Part shown: positions 11,901 to 26,500 of the stretch, piece by piece | How positions within the stretch are numbered: position 1 is the first letter of the stretch | Layout: each line of letters opens with the position of its first letter | Origin: Camelus dromedarius | Lineage: Eukaryota | Assembly: GCF_036321535.1 (NCBI RefSeq) | Contig: NC_087436.1 | Coordinates: 2,232,001-2,296,000, forward strand | Length of the DNA: 64,000 nt | Direction of reading: 5' to 3' | The notes under the pieces: generated by a model | Told to the model about the DNA's origin: nothing | What the model saw: the letters and a program-made list of their open reading frames with translations, nothing else | Databases searched by the model: none | Translations under genes and position numbers: made by a program

Positions 11901-13644
11901 CATTCACACACACTTATCTCTCAGAACTGATCATGTGGAGAGACGTTCGTTCACCAAGCACAAAGGGAACTGGTTGCAGGAGAAACTTTTACTCTGGTTT
12001 CTTAGTCTGTTTCCTAGTGCCGGTATGAATTTCCTTCAGTTTTCACTGTAAAACAGAGTTGGAGCAAGTACCTACCCATATATATTTATGGAGTGGAGTT
12101 TGCAACTGAAAAGAAACTTTGTGTTCCCAAAAAGCTAGGGGAAGGACAGCTTTCACACACACTTATCTCTCAGATCTGGGCAAGTGGAGAGACGTTCGTT
12201 CATCTAGCACAAAGGAACGGGTTGCTGGAGAAAATTTTACTCTGGATTCTCAGTCTGTTTCCTAGTGCCGGGTTGAAGTTTCTGCAGTTTTCACTGTAAA
12301 ACAGAGTTGGGGCTAGTACCTCCCCATATATATGTATGGAGTGGTGTTTGCAACTGAAAAGAAACTTTGTGTTCCCAGCAAGCTAGGTGAAGAACGGCTT
12401 TCACACACAGATGTCTCTCAGAACTCAGCATGTGGAGAGACGTTCGTTCATCTAGCAAAAAGGGAACGGGTTGCAGGAGAAACTTTTACTCTGGTTTCTC
12501 AGTCTGTTTCCTAGTGCCGGTTTGAATTTCCTGCAGTTTTCAGTGTAAAACAGAGTTGGAGCTAGTACCTACCCATATACATGTATGGAGTGGAGTTTGC
12601 AACTGAAAAGAAACTTTGTGTTCCCAACAAGCTAGGCGAAGGACGGCTTTCACACAAACTTATCTCTCAGAACTGAGCATGTGGAGAGACGTTCTTTCAT
12701 CTAGCACAAAGGGAACGGGATGCAGGAGAAACTTTTTCTCTGGTTTCTCAGTCTGTTTCCTAGTGCCGGTTTGAAGTTCCTGCAGTTTTCACTGTAAAAC
12801 CGAGTTGGAGCTTGGACCTCACCATATACATGTATGGATTGGATTTTGCAACTTAAAAGAACTTTGTGTTCCCAAGAAGCTAGGTGAAGGACGGCTTTCA
12901 CACGCACTTATCTCTCAGAACTGAGTATGTTGAGAGACGTTCGTTCATCTAGCACAAACGGAACGGGTTGCAGGAGAAACTTTTACTCGGGTTTCTCAGT
13001 CTGTTTCCTAGTGCCGGTTTGAATTTCCTGCTGTTTTCACTGTAAAACCGAGTTTGAGCTAGGTCCTACCCATATATATGTATGGAGTGGATTTTGCAAC
13101 TGAAAAGAAACTTTGTGTTCCCAACAAGCTAGGTGAAGGACGGCTTCCACAGACACTTATGTCTCAGATCTGGGCAAGTGGAGAGACTTTCGTTCATCTA
13201 GCACAAAGGGAACAGGTTGCAGGAGAAACTTTTTCTCTGGTTTCTCAGTCTGTTTCCTGTTGCCGGTTTAAAGTTCCTGCAGTTTTCACTGTAAAACCGA
13301 GTTGGAGCTTGTTCCTCCCCATATATATGTATGGATTGGAGTTTGCAACTTAAAGGAACTTTGTGTTCCTAAGAAGCTAGGTGAAGGACGGCTTTCACAC
13401 ACACTTATCTCTCAGAACTGAGCATGTGGAGAGACTTTCGTTCATCTAGCACAAAGGGAACGGGTTGCAGGAGAAACTTTTACTCTGGTTTCTCTGTCTG
13501 TTTCATAGTGCCGGTTTGAATTTCCTGCATTTTTCACTGTAAAACAGATTTGGAGCTAGTACCTACCCATATATATGTATGGAGTGGAGTTTGCAACTGA
13601 AAGGAAACTTTGTGTTCCCAACAAGCTAGGTGAAGGACGGCTTT

Positions 13645-14155
13645 CACACACACTTATCTCTCAGAACTGAGCATGTGGAGAGACGTTCGTTCATCTAGCA
13701 CAAAGGGAACTAGTTGCATGAGAAACTTTTACTCATTTTTCTCCATCTGTTTCCTAGTGACGGTTTGAAGTTCCTTCAGATTTCACTGTAAAACGGTGTT
13801 GGAGCTAGTACCTCCCCATATATATGTATGGAGTGGATTTTGCAACTGAAAATAAATTTTGTGTTCCCAACAAGCTAGGGGAAGGATGGCTTTCACACAC
13901 ACTTATCTCTCAGAACTGAGCATGTGGAGAGACGTTCGTTCATCTAGCACAAAGGGAACTAGTTGCATGAGAAACTTTTACTCATTTTTCTCCATCTGTT
14001 TCCTAGTGACGGTTTGAAGTTCCTTCAGATTTCACTGTAAAACGGTGTTGGAGCTAGTACCTCCCCATATATATGTATGGAGTGGATTTTGCAACTGAAA
14101 ATAAATTTTGTGTTCCCAACAAGCTAGGGGAAGGATGGCTTTCACACACACTTAT
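13645..14155. repeat. Single-monomer tandem duplication (period 249 bp)
   Basis: TAGTTGCATG at 13711 and 13960. Both copies carry the rare variants TAGTGACGG, AACGGTGTT and GAAGGATGGC. Confidence 0.88.
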
Positions 14156-17100
14156 CTCGCAGAACTCAGCATGTGGAGAGACTTTCGCTCATCTAGCACA
14201 AAGGGAACGGGTTGCAGGAGAAAATTTTACTCTGGATTCTCAGTCTGTTTCCTAGTGCCGGTTTGAAGTTCCTGCAGTTTTCACTGTAAAAGAGAGTTGG
14301 GGCTAGTACCTCCCCATATATATGTATGGAGTGGAGTTTGCAACTGAAAAGAAACTTTGTGTTCCCAGCAAGCTAGGTGAAGGACGGCTTTCACACACAC
14401 ATATCTCTCAGAACTCAGCATGTGGAGAGACGTTCGTTCATCTAGCAAAAAGGGAACGGGTTGCAGGAGAAACTTTTACTCTGGTTTCTCAGTCTGTTTC
14501 CTAGTGCCGGTTTGAATTTCCTGCAGTTTTCACTGTAAAACAGAGTTGGAGCTAGTACCTACCCATATATATGTATGGTGTGGAGTTTGCAACTGAAAAG
14601 AAACTTTGTGTTCCCAACAAGCTAGGCGAAGGACGGCTTTCACACAAACTTATCTCTCAGAACTGAGCAAGTGGAGAGACGTTCGTTCATCTAGCAAAAA
14701 TGGAACGGGTTGCAGGAGAAACTTTTACTCTGGTTTCTCAGTCTGTTTCCTAGTGCCGGTTTGAAGTTCTTGCAGTTTTCACTGTAAACCGATTTGGAGC
14801 TTGTCCCTCCCCATATATATGTATGGATTGGAGTTTGCAACTGAAAGGAACTTTGTGTTCCCAAGAAGCTAGGTGAAGGACGGCTTTCACACACACTTAT
14901 CTCTCAGAACTGAGCATGTGGAGAGACGTTCGTTCACCTAGCACAAAGTGAACGGGTTGCAGGAGAAACTTTTACTCTGGTTTCTCAGTCTGTTTCCTAG
15001 TGCCGGTATGAATTTCCTACAGTTTTCACTGTAAAACAGAGTTGGAGCATGTACCTACCCATATATATTTATGGAGTGGAGTTTGCAACTGAAAAGAAAC
15101 TTTGTGTTCCCAACAAGCTAGGGGAAGGACGGCTTTCACACACACTTATCTCTCAGATCTGGGCAAGTGGAGAGACGTTCGTTCATCTAGCACAAAGGAA
15201 CGGGTTGCAGGAGAAAATTTTACTCTGGATTCTCAGTCTGTTTCCTAGTGCCGGTTTGAAGTTCCTGCAGTTTTCACTGTAAAACAGAGTTGGGGCTAGT
15301 ACTTCCCATATATATGTATGGAGTGGAGTTTGCAACTGAAAAGAAACTTTGTGTTCCCAGCTAGCTAGGTGAAGGACGGCTTTCACACACACATATCTCT
15401 CAGAACTCAGCATGTGGAGAGACGTTCGTTCATCTAGCAAAAAGGGAACGGGTTGCAGGAGAAACTTTTACTCTGGTTTCTCAGTCTGTTTCCTAGTGCC
15501 GGTTTGAAGTTCCTGCAGTTTTCACTGTAAAACAGAGTTGGAGCTAGTACCTACCCATATATATGTATGGAGTGGAGTATGCAACTGAAAAGAAACTTTG
15601 TGTTCCCAACAAGCTAGGCGAAGGACGGCTTTCACACAAACTTTTCTCTCAGAACTGAGCATGTGGAGAGACGTTCGTTCATCTAGCACAAAGGGAACGG
15701 GTTGCAGGAGAAACTTTACTCATTTTTCTCAGTCTGTTTCCTAGTGCCGATTTGAAGTTCCTGCAGTTTTCACTGTAAAACAGATTTGGAGCTAGTAACT
15801 CTCCATATATATGTATGGAGTGGGGTTTGCAAATGAAAATAAACTTTGTGTTCCCAACAAGCTAGGGGAAGGACGGCTTTCACACACACTTATCTCTCAG
15901 AACTGAGCATGTGGAGAGACGTTCGTTCATCTAGCACAAAGGGAATGAGTTGCAGGAAAAAATTTTACTCTGGTTTCTCAGTCTGTTTCCTAGTGCCGGT
16001 GTGAAGTTCCTGCAGTTTTCACTGTAAAACCGAGTTGGAGCTTGTACCGCCCCATAAAAATGTATGGAGTGCAGTTTGCAACTGAAAAGAAACATTGTGT
16101 TCACAACAAGTTAGGTGAAGGAGGGCTTTCACACACAATTATCACTCAGGACTGAGCATGTGGAGAGACGTTCGTTCATCTAGCACAAATAGAACGGGTT
16201 GCAGTAGAAAATATGACTTTGGTTTCTCAGTCTGTTTCCTAGTGCCGGTTTGAAGTTCCTGCAGTTTTCACTGTAAAACCGAGCTGGAACTAGTACCTCC
16301 CTATATATATGTATGGAGTGGAGTTTCAACTGAAAAGAAACTTTGTGTTCCCTAGAAGCTAGTTGAAAGACGGCTTTCACACACACTTATCTCACAGATC
16401 TGAGCATGTGGAGAGACTTTCGTTCATTTAGCACAAAGGGAACGGTTTGCAGTGGAAACTTTTACTCTGGTTTCTCAGTCTGTTTCCTGTTGCCGGTTTG
16501 AAGTTCCTGCAGTTTTCACTGTAAAACCGAGTTGGAGCTAGTACCTCCCCATATATATGTATGGATTGGAGATTGCAACTGAAAAGAAACTTTGTGTTCC
16601 CAACAAGCTAGGTGAAGGAAGACTTTCACACACACTTATCTCTCAGAAATGAGCATGTGGAGAGACGTTCGTTCATCTAGCACAAAGGGAACGGGTTGCA
16701 GTAGAAAATTTGACTCTGGATTCTCAGTCTGTTTCCTAGTGCCGGTTTGATGTTAATGCAGTTTTCACTGTAAATCCGAGTTGGAGCTATTACCTCCCTA
16801 TATATATGTATGGAGTGGAGTTTGAAACTGAAAAGAAACTTTGTGTTCCCAACAAACTAAGTGAAGGACGGCTTTCACACACACTTATCTCTCAGAACTG
16901 AATATGTGGAGAGACGTTCGTTCATCTAGCACAAAGGGAACGGGTTGCAGGGGAAATTTTACTCTGGTTTCTCAGTCTGTTTCCTGTTGCCGGTTTGAAG
17001 TTCCTGCAGTTTTCACTGTAAAACCGAGTTGGAGCTAGTACCTCCCCATATATATGTATGGAGTGGAGTGTCAACTGAAAAGAAACTTTGTGTTCCCAAC

Positions 17101-17599
17101 AAGTTAGGTGAAGGACGGCTTTCACACACACTTATCTCTCAGATCTCAGCATGTGGAGAGACGTTCGTTCATCTAGCACAAAGGGAAAGGGTTGCAGGAG
17201 AAACTTTACTCATTTATCTCAGTCAGTTTCCTAGTGCCGTTTTGAAGTTCCTGCAGTTTTCACTGTAAAATCGTGTTGGAGCTAGTACCTCCCCATATAT
17301 ATGTATGGATGGTAGTTTGCAACAGAAAAGAAACTTTGTGTTCCCAACAAGCTAGGTGAAGGACGACTTTCACACACACATATCTCTCAGAAATGAGCAT
17401 GTGGAGAGACTTTCGTTCATCTATCACAAAGGGAACGGGTTGCAGAAGAAAATTTGTCTCTGATCTCTCAGTCTGTTTCCTAGTGCCGGTTTGAAGTTCC
17501 TGCAGTTTTCACTGTAAAACAGATTTGGAGCTAGTAACTCTCCATATATATGTATGGAGTGGGGTTTGCAACTGAAAATAAACTTTGTGTTCCCAACAA

Positions 17600-20500
17600 G
17601 CTAGGGGAAGGACGGCTTTCACACACACTTATCTCTCAGAACTGAGCATGTGGAGAGACGTTCGTTCATCTAGCACAAAGGGAACGGGTTGCAGGAGAAA
17701 CTTTTACTCTGGTTTCGCAGTCTGTTTCCTAGTGCCGGTTTGAATTTCCTGCAGTTTTCACTGTAAAACCGAGTTGGAGCTAGTACCTACCCATATATAT
17801 GTATGGAGTGGAGTTTGCAACTGAAAAGAAACTTTGTGTTCCCAACAGGCTAGGTGAAGGACAGCTTTCACACACACTTATCTCTCAGAACTGAGCATGT
17901 GGAGAGACGTTCGTTCATCTAGCACAAAGGGAACGGTTTGCAGGAGAAACTTTTACTCTGGTTTCTCAGTCTGTTTCCTAGTGCCGGTTTGAAGTTCCTT
18001 CAGTTTTCACTGTAAAACCGAGTTGGAGCTAATACCTCCCCATATATATGTATGGAGTGGAGTTTGCAACTGAAAAGAAACTTTGTGTTCCCAACAAGCA
18101 AGAGGAAGGACGGATTTCACACACACTTATCTCTCAGAACTGAGCATGTGGAGAGACATTCGTTCATCTAGCACAAAGGGAACGGGTTGCAGGAGAAAAT
18201 TTTACTTTGGTTTCTCAGTCTGTTTCCTAGTGCCGGTTTGAAGCTCCTGCAGTTTTCACTTTAAAACAGAGTTGGGGCTAGTACCTCCCCATATATATGT
18301 ATGGAGTGGAGTTTGCAACTGAAAAGCAACTTTGTGTTCCCAACTAGATAGTTGAAGGACGGCTTCCACACACATTTATCTCTCAGACCTGGGCATGTGG
18401 AGAGACTTTAGTTCATCTAGCACAAACTGAACGGGTTGCAGGATAAACATTTTCTCTGGTTTCTCAGTCTGTTTCCTAGTGCCGGTTTAAAGTTCCTGCA
18501 GTTTTCTCTGTAAAACCGAGTTGGAGCTTGTACCTCACCATATATATGTATGGATTGGAGTTTGCAACTTAAAGGAACTTTGTTTTCATAAGAATCTAGG
18601 TGAAGGACGGATTTCACACACACTTATCCCTCAGAACTGAGCATGTGGAGAGACGTTCGTTCATCTAGCACAAAGGGAACGGGTTGCAGGAGAAACTTTT
18701 ACTCATTTTTCTCAGTCTTTTTCCTAGTGCCGGTTTGAAGTTCCTTCAGTTTTCACTGTAAAACAGAGTTGGGGCTACTACCTCCCCTTATAAATGTATG
18801 GAGTGGAGTTTGCAACTGAAAAGAAACTTTGTGTTCCCAACAAGCTAGGTGAAGGACGGCTTTCACACTCACTTATCTCTCAGATCTGGACAAGTGGAGA
18901 GACTTTCGTTCATCTAGCACAAATGGAACGGGTTGCAGGAGAAACATTTTCTCTGGTTTCTCAGTCTGTTTCCTGTTGCCGGTATAAAGTTCCTGCAGTT
19001 TTCACTGTAAAACCGAGTTGGAGCTTGTACTTCACCATATATATGTATGGATTGTAGTTTGCAACTTAAAAGAACTTTGAGTTCCCAAGAAGGTAGGGGA
19101 AGGACGGCTTTCACACACACTTATCTCTCAGAAATGAGCATGTGGAGAGACGTTCGTTCATCTAGCAAAAAGGGAACGGTTTGCAGGAGAAAATTTTACT
19201 CTGGTTTCTAAGTCTGATTCCTAGTGCCGGTTTGAAGTTCCTGCAGTTTTAACTGTAAAACAAATTTGGGCCTAGTAACTCCCCATATATATTTATGGAA
19301 TGGAGTTTGCAACTGAAAAGAAACTTAATGTTCCCAACAAGCTAGGTGAAGGACGGCTTTCACACACATTTATCTCTCAGAACTCAGCATGTGGAGAGAC
19401 GTTCGTTCATCTAGCACAAAGGGAACGGGTTGCAGGAGAAACTTTTACTCTGGTTTCTCAGTCTGTTTCCTAGTGCCGGTTTGAAGTTCCTGCAGTTTTC
19501 ACTGTAAAACCGATTTGGGGCTAGTACCTCCCCATATATATGTATGGAGTGGAGTTTGCAACTGAAAAGAAACTTTGTGTTCCCAACAAGCTAGGGGAAG
19601 GACGGCTTTCACACACACTTATCTCTCAGGACTGAGCATGTGGAGAGACGTTCCTTCATCTAGCACAAAGGAACGGGAGGCAGGAGAAACTTTTACTCTG
19701 GTTTCTCAGTCTGTTTCCTAGTGCCGCTTTGAAGTTCCTGCAGTTTTCACTGTAAAACAGAGTTGGGGCTACTACCTCCCATTATATAAGTATGGAGTGG
19801 AGCTTGCAACTGAAAAGAAACTTTGTGTTCCCAACAAGCTAGGTGAAGGACGGCTTTCACACTCACTTATCTCTCAGATCTGGACAAGTGGAGAGACGTT
19901 CGTTCATCTAGCACAAAGGGAACGGGTTGCAGGAGAAACATTTTCTCTGGTTTCTCAGTGTGTTTCCTGTTGCCGGTATAAAGTTCCTGCAGTTTTCACT
20001 GTAAAACCGAGTTGGAGCTTATACCTCACCATATATATGTATGGATTGGAGTTTGCAACTTAAAAGAACTTTGTGTTCCCAAGAAGCTAGGTGAAGGACG
20101 GCTTTCACACACAATTATCTCTCAGATCTGGACAAGTGGAGAGACGTTCGTTCATCTGGCCCAAAGGGAACGGTTTGCAGGAGAAACTTTTACTCTGGTT
20201 TCTCAATCAGTTTCCTAGTGCTGGTTTGAAGTTCCTGCAGTTTTCACTGTAAAACCGAGTTGGAGCTAGTACCTACACATATATATGTATGGAGTGGAGT
20301 TTGCAACTGAAAAGAAACTTTGTGTTCCCAACAAGCTAGGTGAAGGATGGCTTTAACACACACTTATCTATCAGAACTTAGCATGTGGAAAGACGTTCGT
20401 TCATCTAGCACAAAGGGAACGGGTTGCAGGAGAAACTTTTACTCTGGTTTCTCAGTCTGTTTCCTAGTGCCGGTTTGAATTTCCTGCAGTTTTCACTGTA

Positions 20501-23500
20501 AAACCGAGTTGGAGCTAGTACCTACACATATATATGTATGGAGTGGAGTTTGCAACTGAAAACAAACTTTGTGTTCCCAACAAGCTAGGGGAAGGACGGC
20601 TTTCACACACACTTATATCTCAGGACTGAGCATGTGGAGAGACGTTCGTTCATCTAGCACAAAGGGAACGGGAGGCAGGAGAAACTTTTACTCTGGTTTC
20701 TCAGTCTGTTTCCTAGTGCCGGTTTGAAGTTCCTGCAGTTTTCACTGTAAAACAGTGTTGGGGCTACTACCTCCCCTTATATATGTATGGATTGGAGTTT
20801 GCAACTGAAAAGAAACTTTGTGTTCCCAACAAGCTAGGTGAAGGATGGATTTCACACACACTTATCTCTCAGAACTGAGCATGTGGAGAGACATTCGTTC
20901 ATCTAGCACAAAGGGAACGGGTTGCAGGAGAAAATTTTACTTTGGTTTCTCAGTCTGTTTCCTAGTGCCGGTTTGAAGTTCCTGCAGTTTTCACTTTAAA
21001 ACAAAGTTGGGGCTAGTACCTCCCCATATATATGTATGGAGTGGAGTTTGCAACTGAAAAGCAACTTTTTGTTCCCAACTAGCTAGTTGAATGACGGCTT
21101 CCACACACACTTATCTCTCAGAACTGGGCATGTGGAGAGACGTTCGTTCATCTAGCACAAACTGAACGGGTTGCAGGATAAACATTTTCTCTGGTTTCTC
21201 AGTCTGTTTCCTTGTGCCGGTTTAAAGTTCCTGCAGTTTTCTCTGTAAAACCGTGTTGGAGCTTGTACCTCACCATATATATATATGGATTGGAGTTTGC
21301 AACTTAAAGGAACTTTGTTTTCCCAAGAAGCAGGGTGAAGGACGGATTTCACACACACTTATCTCTCAGAACTGAGCATGTGGAGAGACGTTCGTTCATC
21401 TAGCACAAAGGGAACGGGTTGCAGGAGAAACTTTTACTCATTTTTCTCAGTCTGTTTCCTAGTGCCGGTTTGAAGTTCCTTCAGTTTTCACTGTAAAACT
21501 GAGTTGGAGCTAGTACCTCCCCATATATATTTATGGAGTGGAGTTTGAAACTGAAAAGAAACTTTGTGTTCCCAACAAGCTAGGGGAAGGACGGCTTTCA
21601 CACACACTTATCTCTCAGAACTGAGCATGTGGAGAGACGTTCGTTCATCTAGCAAAAGGGAACGGTGTGCAAGAGAAAATTTTACTCTGGTTTCTCAGTC
21701 TGATTCCTAGTGCCGGTTTGAAGTTCCTGCAGTTTTAACTGTAAAACATATTTGGGGCTAGTACCTCCCCATATATATGTATGGAATGGAGTTTGCAACT
21801 GAAAAGAAACTTAGTGTTCCCAACAAGCTAGGTGAAGGACGTCTTTCACACACATTTATCTCTCAGAACTCAGCATGTGGAGAGACGTTCGTTCATCTAG
21901 CACAAAGGGAACGGGTTGCAGGAGAAACTTTTACTCTGGTTTCTCAGTCTGTTTCCTAGTGCCGGTTTGAAGTTCCTGCAGTTTTCACTGTAAAACCGAT
22001 TTGGGGCTAGTACCTCCCCATATAAATGTATGGAGTGGAGTTTGCAACTGAAAAGAAACTTTGTGTTCCCAACAAGCTAGGGGAAGGACGGCTTTCACAC
22101 ACACTTATATCTCAGGACTGAGCATGTGGAGAGACGTTCGTTCATCTAGCACAAAGGGAACGGGAGGGAGGAGAAACTTTTACTCTGGTTTCCCAGTCTG
22201 TTTCCTAGTGCCGGTTTGAAGTTCCTGCAGTTTTCACTGTAAAACAGTGTTGGGGCTACTACCTCCCCTTATATATGTATGGATTGGAGTTTGCAACTGA
22301 AAAGAAACTTTGTGTTCCCAACAAGCTAGGGGAAGGACGGCTTTCACACTCACTTATCTGTCAGATCTGGACAAGTGGATAGACGTTCGTTTATCTAGCA
22401 CAAAGGGAACGGGTTGCAGGTGAAACATTTTCTCTGGTTTCTCAGTCTGTTTCCTGTTGCCGGTATAAAGTTCCTGCAGTTTTCACTGTAAAACCGAGTT
22501 GGAGCTTGTACCTCACCATATATATGTATGGATTGGAATTTGCAACTTAAAAGAAACTTTGTGTTCCCAACAAGCTAGGGGAAGGACGGCTTTCACACAC
22601 ACTTATCTCTCAGAACTGAGCATGTGGAGAGACGTTCGTTCATCTAGCAAAAAGGGAACGGTGTGCAAGAGAAAATTTTACTCTGGTTTCTCAGTCTGAT
22701 TCCTAGTGCCGTTTTGAAGTTCCTGCAGTTTTAACTGTAAAACAGATTTGGGGCTAGTACCTCCCCATATATATGTATGGAATGGAGTTTGCAACTGAAA
22801 AGAAACTTAGTGTTCCCAACAAGCTAGGTGAAGGACGGCTTTCACACACACTTATATCTCAGAACTGAGCATGTGGAGAGACTTTCGTTCATCTAGCACA
22901 AAGGGAACGGGTTGCAGGAGAAACTTTTTCTCTGGTTTCCTAGTCTGATTCCTATTGCCGGTTTGAAGTTCCTGCAGTTTTCACTGTAAAACCGAGTTGG
23001 AACAAGTACCTCCACATATATATGTATGGATTGGAGTTTGCATGTGAAAAGAAACTTTGTGTTCCCAACAAGCTAGTTAAAGGACGGCATTCACACACAA
23101 TTATCTCTCAGAACTGAGCATGTGGAGAGACGTTCGTTCATCTAGCACAAAGGGAACGGGTTGCAGGAGAAACATTTACTCTGGTTTCTCAGTCTGTTTC
23201 CTAGTGCCGGTATGAATTTCCTGCAGTTTTCACTGTAAAACAGAGTTGGAGCTAGTACCTCCCCATATATATGTATGGAGTGGAGTTTGCAACTGAAAAG
23301 AAACTTTGTGTTCCCAACAAGCTAGGTGAAGGACGGCTTTCACACACACTTATCTCTCAGAACTGAGCATGTGGAGAGACGTTCGTTCATCTAGCACAAA
23401 CGGAACGGGTTGCTGGAGAAACTTTTACTCTGGTTTCTCAGTCTGTTTCCTAATGCCGGTTTGAATTTCCTGCAGTTTTCACTGTAAAACCGAGTTGGAG

Positions 23501-26500
23501 CTAGTACCTACCCATATATATGTATGGAGTGGAGTTTGCAACTGAAAAGAATCTTTGTGTTCCCAACAAGCTAGGTGAAGGACAGCTTCCACACACACTT
23601 ATCTCTCAGAACTGAGCATGTGGAGAGACGTTCGTTCATCTAGCACAAAGGGAACGGTTTGCAGGAGAAACTTTTACTCTGGATTCTCAGTCTGTCTCCT
23701 AGTGCCGGTTTGAAGTTCCTTCAGTTTTCACTGTAAAACATGGTTGGAGCTAATACCTCCCCATATATATGTATGGAGTGGTGTTTGCAACTGAAAAGAA
23801 ACTTTGTGTTCCCAACAAGCTAGAGGAAGGACGGATTTCACACACACTTATCTCTCAGAACTTAGCATGTGGAGAGACGTTCGTTCATCTAGCACAAAGG
23901 GAACGGGTTGCAGGAGAAAATTTTACTCTGGTTTCTCAGTCTGTTTCCTAGTGCCGGTTTGATGTTCCTGCAGTTTTAACTTTAAAACAGAGTTGGGGCT
24001 AGTACCTCCCCATATATATGTATGGAGTGGAGTTTGCAACTGAAAAGCAACTTTGTGTTCCCAACTAGCTAGTTGAAGGACGGCTTCCACACACACTTAT
24101 CTCTCAGACCTGGGCATGTGGAGAGACGTTCGTTCATCTAGCACAAACTGAACGGGTTGCAGGATAATCTTTTTCTCTGGTTTCTCAGTCTGTTTCCTTG
24201 TGCCGGTTTAAAGTTCCTGCAGTTTTCTCTGTAAAACCGAGTTGGAGCTTGTACCTCACCATATATATGTATGGATTGGAGTTTGCAACTTAAAGGAACT
24301 TTGTTTTCCCAAGAAGCTAGGTGAAGGACGGATTTTACACACACTTATCTCTCAGAACTGAGCATGTGGAGAGACGTTCGTTCATCTAGCACAAAGGGAA
24401 CGGGTTGCAGGAGAAACTTTTACTCTGGTTTCTCAGTCTGTTTCCTAGTGCCGGTTTGAATTTCCTGCAGTTTTCACTGTAAAACAGAGTTGGAGCTAGT
24501 ACCTACCCACATAAATGTATGGATTGGAGTTTGCAACTGAAAAGAATCTTTGTGTTCCCAACAAGCTAGGTGAAGGACGGCTTTCACACACACTTATCTC
24601 TCAGAACTGAGCATGAGGAGAGACGTTTGTTCATCTAGCACAAAGGGAACTGGTTGCAGGAGAAACATTTTCTCCGGTTTCTCAGTCTGTTTCCTGTTGC
24701 CGGTTTAAAGTTCCTGCAGTTTACACTGTAAATCCGAGTTGGAGCTTGTCCCTCCCCATATATATATATGGATTGATGTATGCAACTGAAAGGAAATTTG
24801 TGTTCCCAAGAAGCAAGGTGAAGGACGGCTTTCACACACACTTATATCTCAGAACTGAGCATGTGGAGAGACTTTCGTTCATTTAGCACAAAGGGAACGG
24901 GTTGCAGGAGAAACTTTTACTCTGGTTTCTCAGTCTGATTCCTATTGCCGGTTTGAAGTTCCTGCAGTTTTCACTGTAAAACCGAGTTGGAGCAAGTACT
25001 TCCACATATATATGTATGGATTGGAGTTTGCAAGTGAAAAGAAACTTTGTGTTCCCAACAAGCTAGGTAAAGGACGGCTTTCACACACAATTATCTCTCA
25101 GAACTGAGCATGTGGAGAGACGTTCGTTCATCTAGCACAAAGGGAACGGGTTGCAGGAGAAACATTTACTCTGGTTTCTCAGTCTGTTTCCTAGTGCCGG
25201 TATGAATTTCCTGCAGTTTTCACTGTAAAACAGAGTTGGAGCTAGTACCTCCCCATATATATGTATGGAGTGGAGTTTGCAACTGAAAAAAAACTTTGTG
25301 TTCCCAACAAGCTAGGTGAAGGACGGCTTTCACACACACTTATCTCTTAGAACTGAGCATGTGGAGAGACGTTCGTTCATCTAGCACAAAGGGAACGGGT
25401 TGCAGGAGAAACTTTTACTCATTTTTCTCAGTCTGTTTCCTAGTGCCGGTTTGAAGTTCCTTCAGTTTTCACTGTAAAACCGAGTTGGAGCTAGTACCAC
25501 ACCATATATACGTATGGAGTGGAGTTTGCAACTGAAAAGAAACTTTGTTTTCCCAACAAGCTAGGGGAAGGACGGCTTTCACACACACTTATCTCTCAGA
25601 ACTGAGCATGTGGAGAGACGTCCGTTCATCTAGCACAAAGGGAACGGGTTGCAGGAGAAAATTTTACTCTGCTTTCTCAGTCTGTTTCCTAGTGCCGGTT
25701 TGAAGTTCCTTCAGTTTTCACTGTAAAACAGAGTTGGGGCTAGAACCTCCCCATATATATTTATGGAGTGGAGTTTGCAACTGAAAGAAACTTAGTGTTC
25801 CCAACAAGCTAGTTGAAGGACGGCTTTCACACACACTTATCTCTCAGAACTCAGCATGTGGAGAGACGTTCGTTCTTCTAGCACAAACTGAACGGGTTGC
25901 AGGAGAAACTTTTACTCTGGTTTCTCAGTCTGTTTCCTAGTGCCGGTTTGAAGTTCCTGCAGTTTTCACTGTAAAACCGATTTCGGGCTATTACCTCCCC
26001 ATTTATATGTATGGAGTGGAGTTTGCAACTGAAAAGAAGCTTTGTGTTCCCAACAAGCTTGGTGAAGGACGGCTTTCACACACACTTATCTCTCACAACT
26101 GAGCATGTGGAGAGACGTTCGTTCATTTAGCACAAAGGAACGCGTTGCAGGAGAAACTTTTACTCTGGTTTCTCAGTCTGATGCCTACTGCCGGTTTGAA
26201 TTTCCTGCAGTTTTCACTGTAAAACCGAGTTGGAGCTAGTACCTCCCCATATATAAATTTGGAGGGGAGTTTGCAACTGAAAAGGAACTTTGTGTTCCCA
26301 ACAAGCTAGGGGAAGGACGGCTTTCACACACAATTATCTCTCAGAACTGAGCATGTGGAGAGACATTCGTTCATCTAGCACAAAGGGAACGGGTTGCAGG
26401 AGAAAATTTTACTCTGGTTTCTCAGTCTGTTTCCTAGTGCCGGTTTGATGTTCCTGCAGTTTTAACTTTAAAACAGAGTTGGGGCTAGTACCTCCCCATA

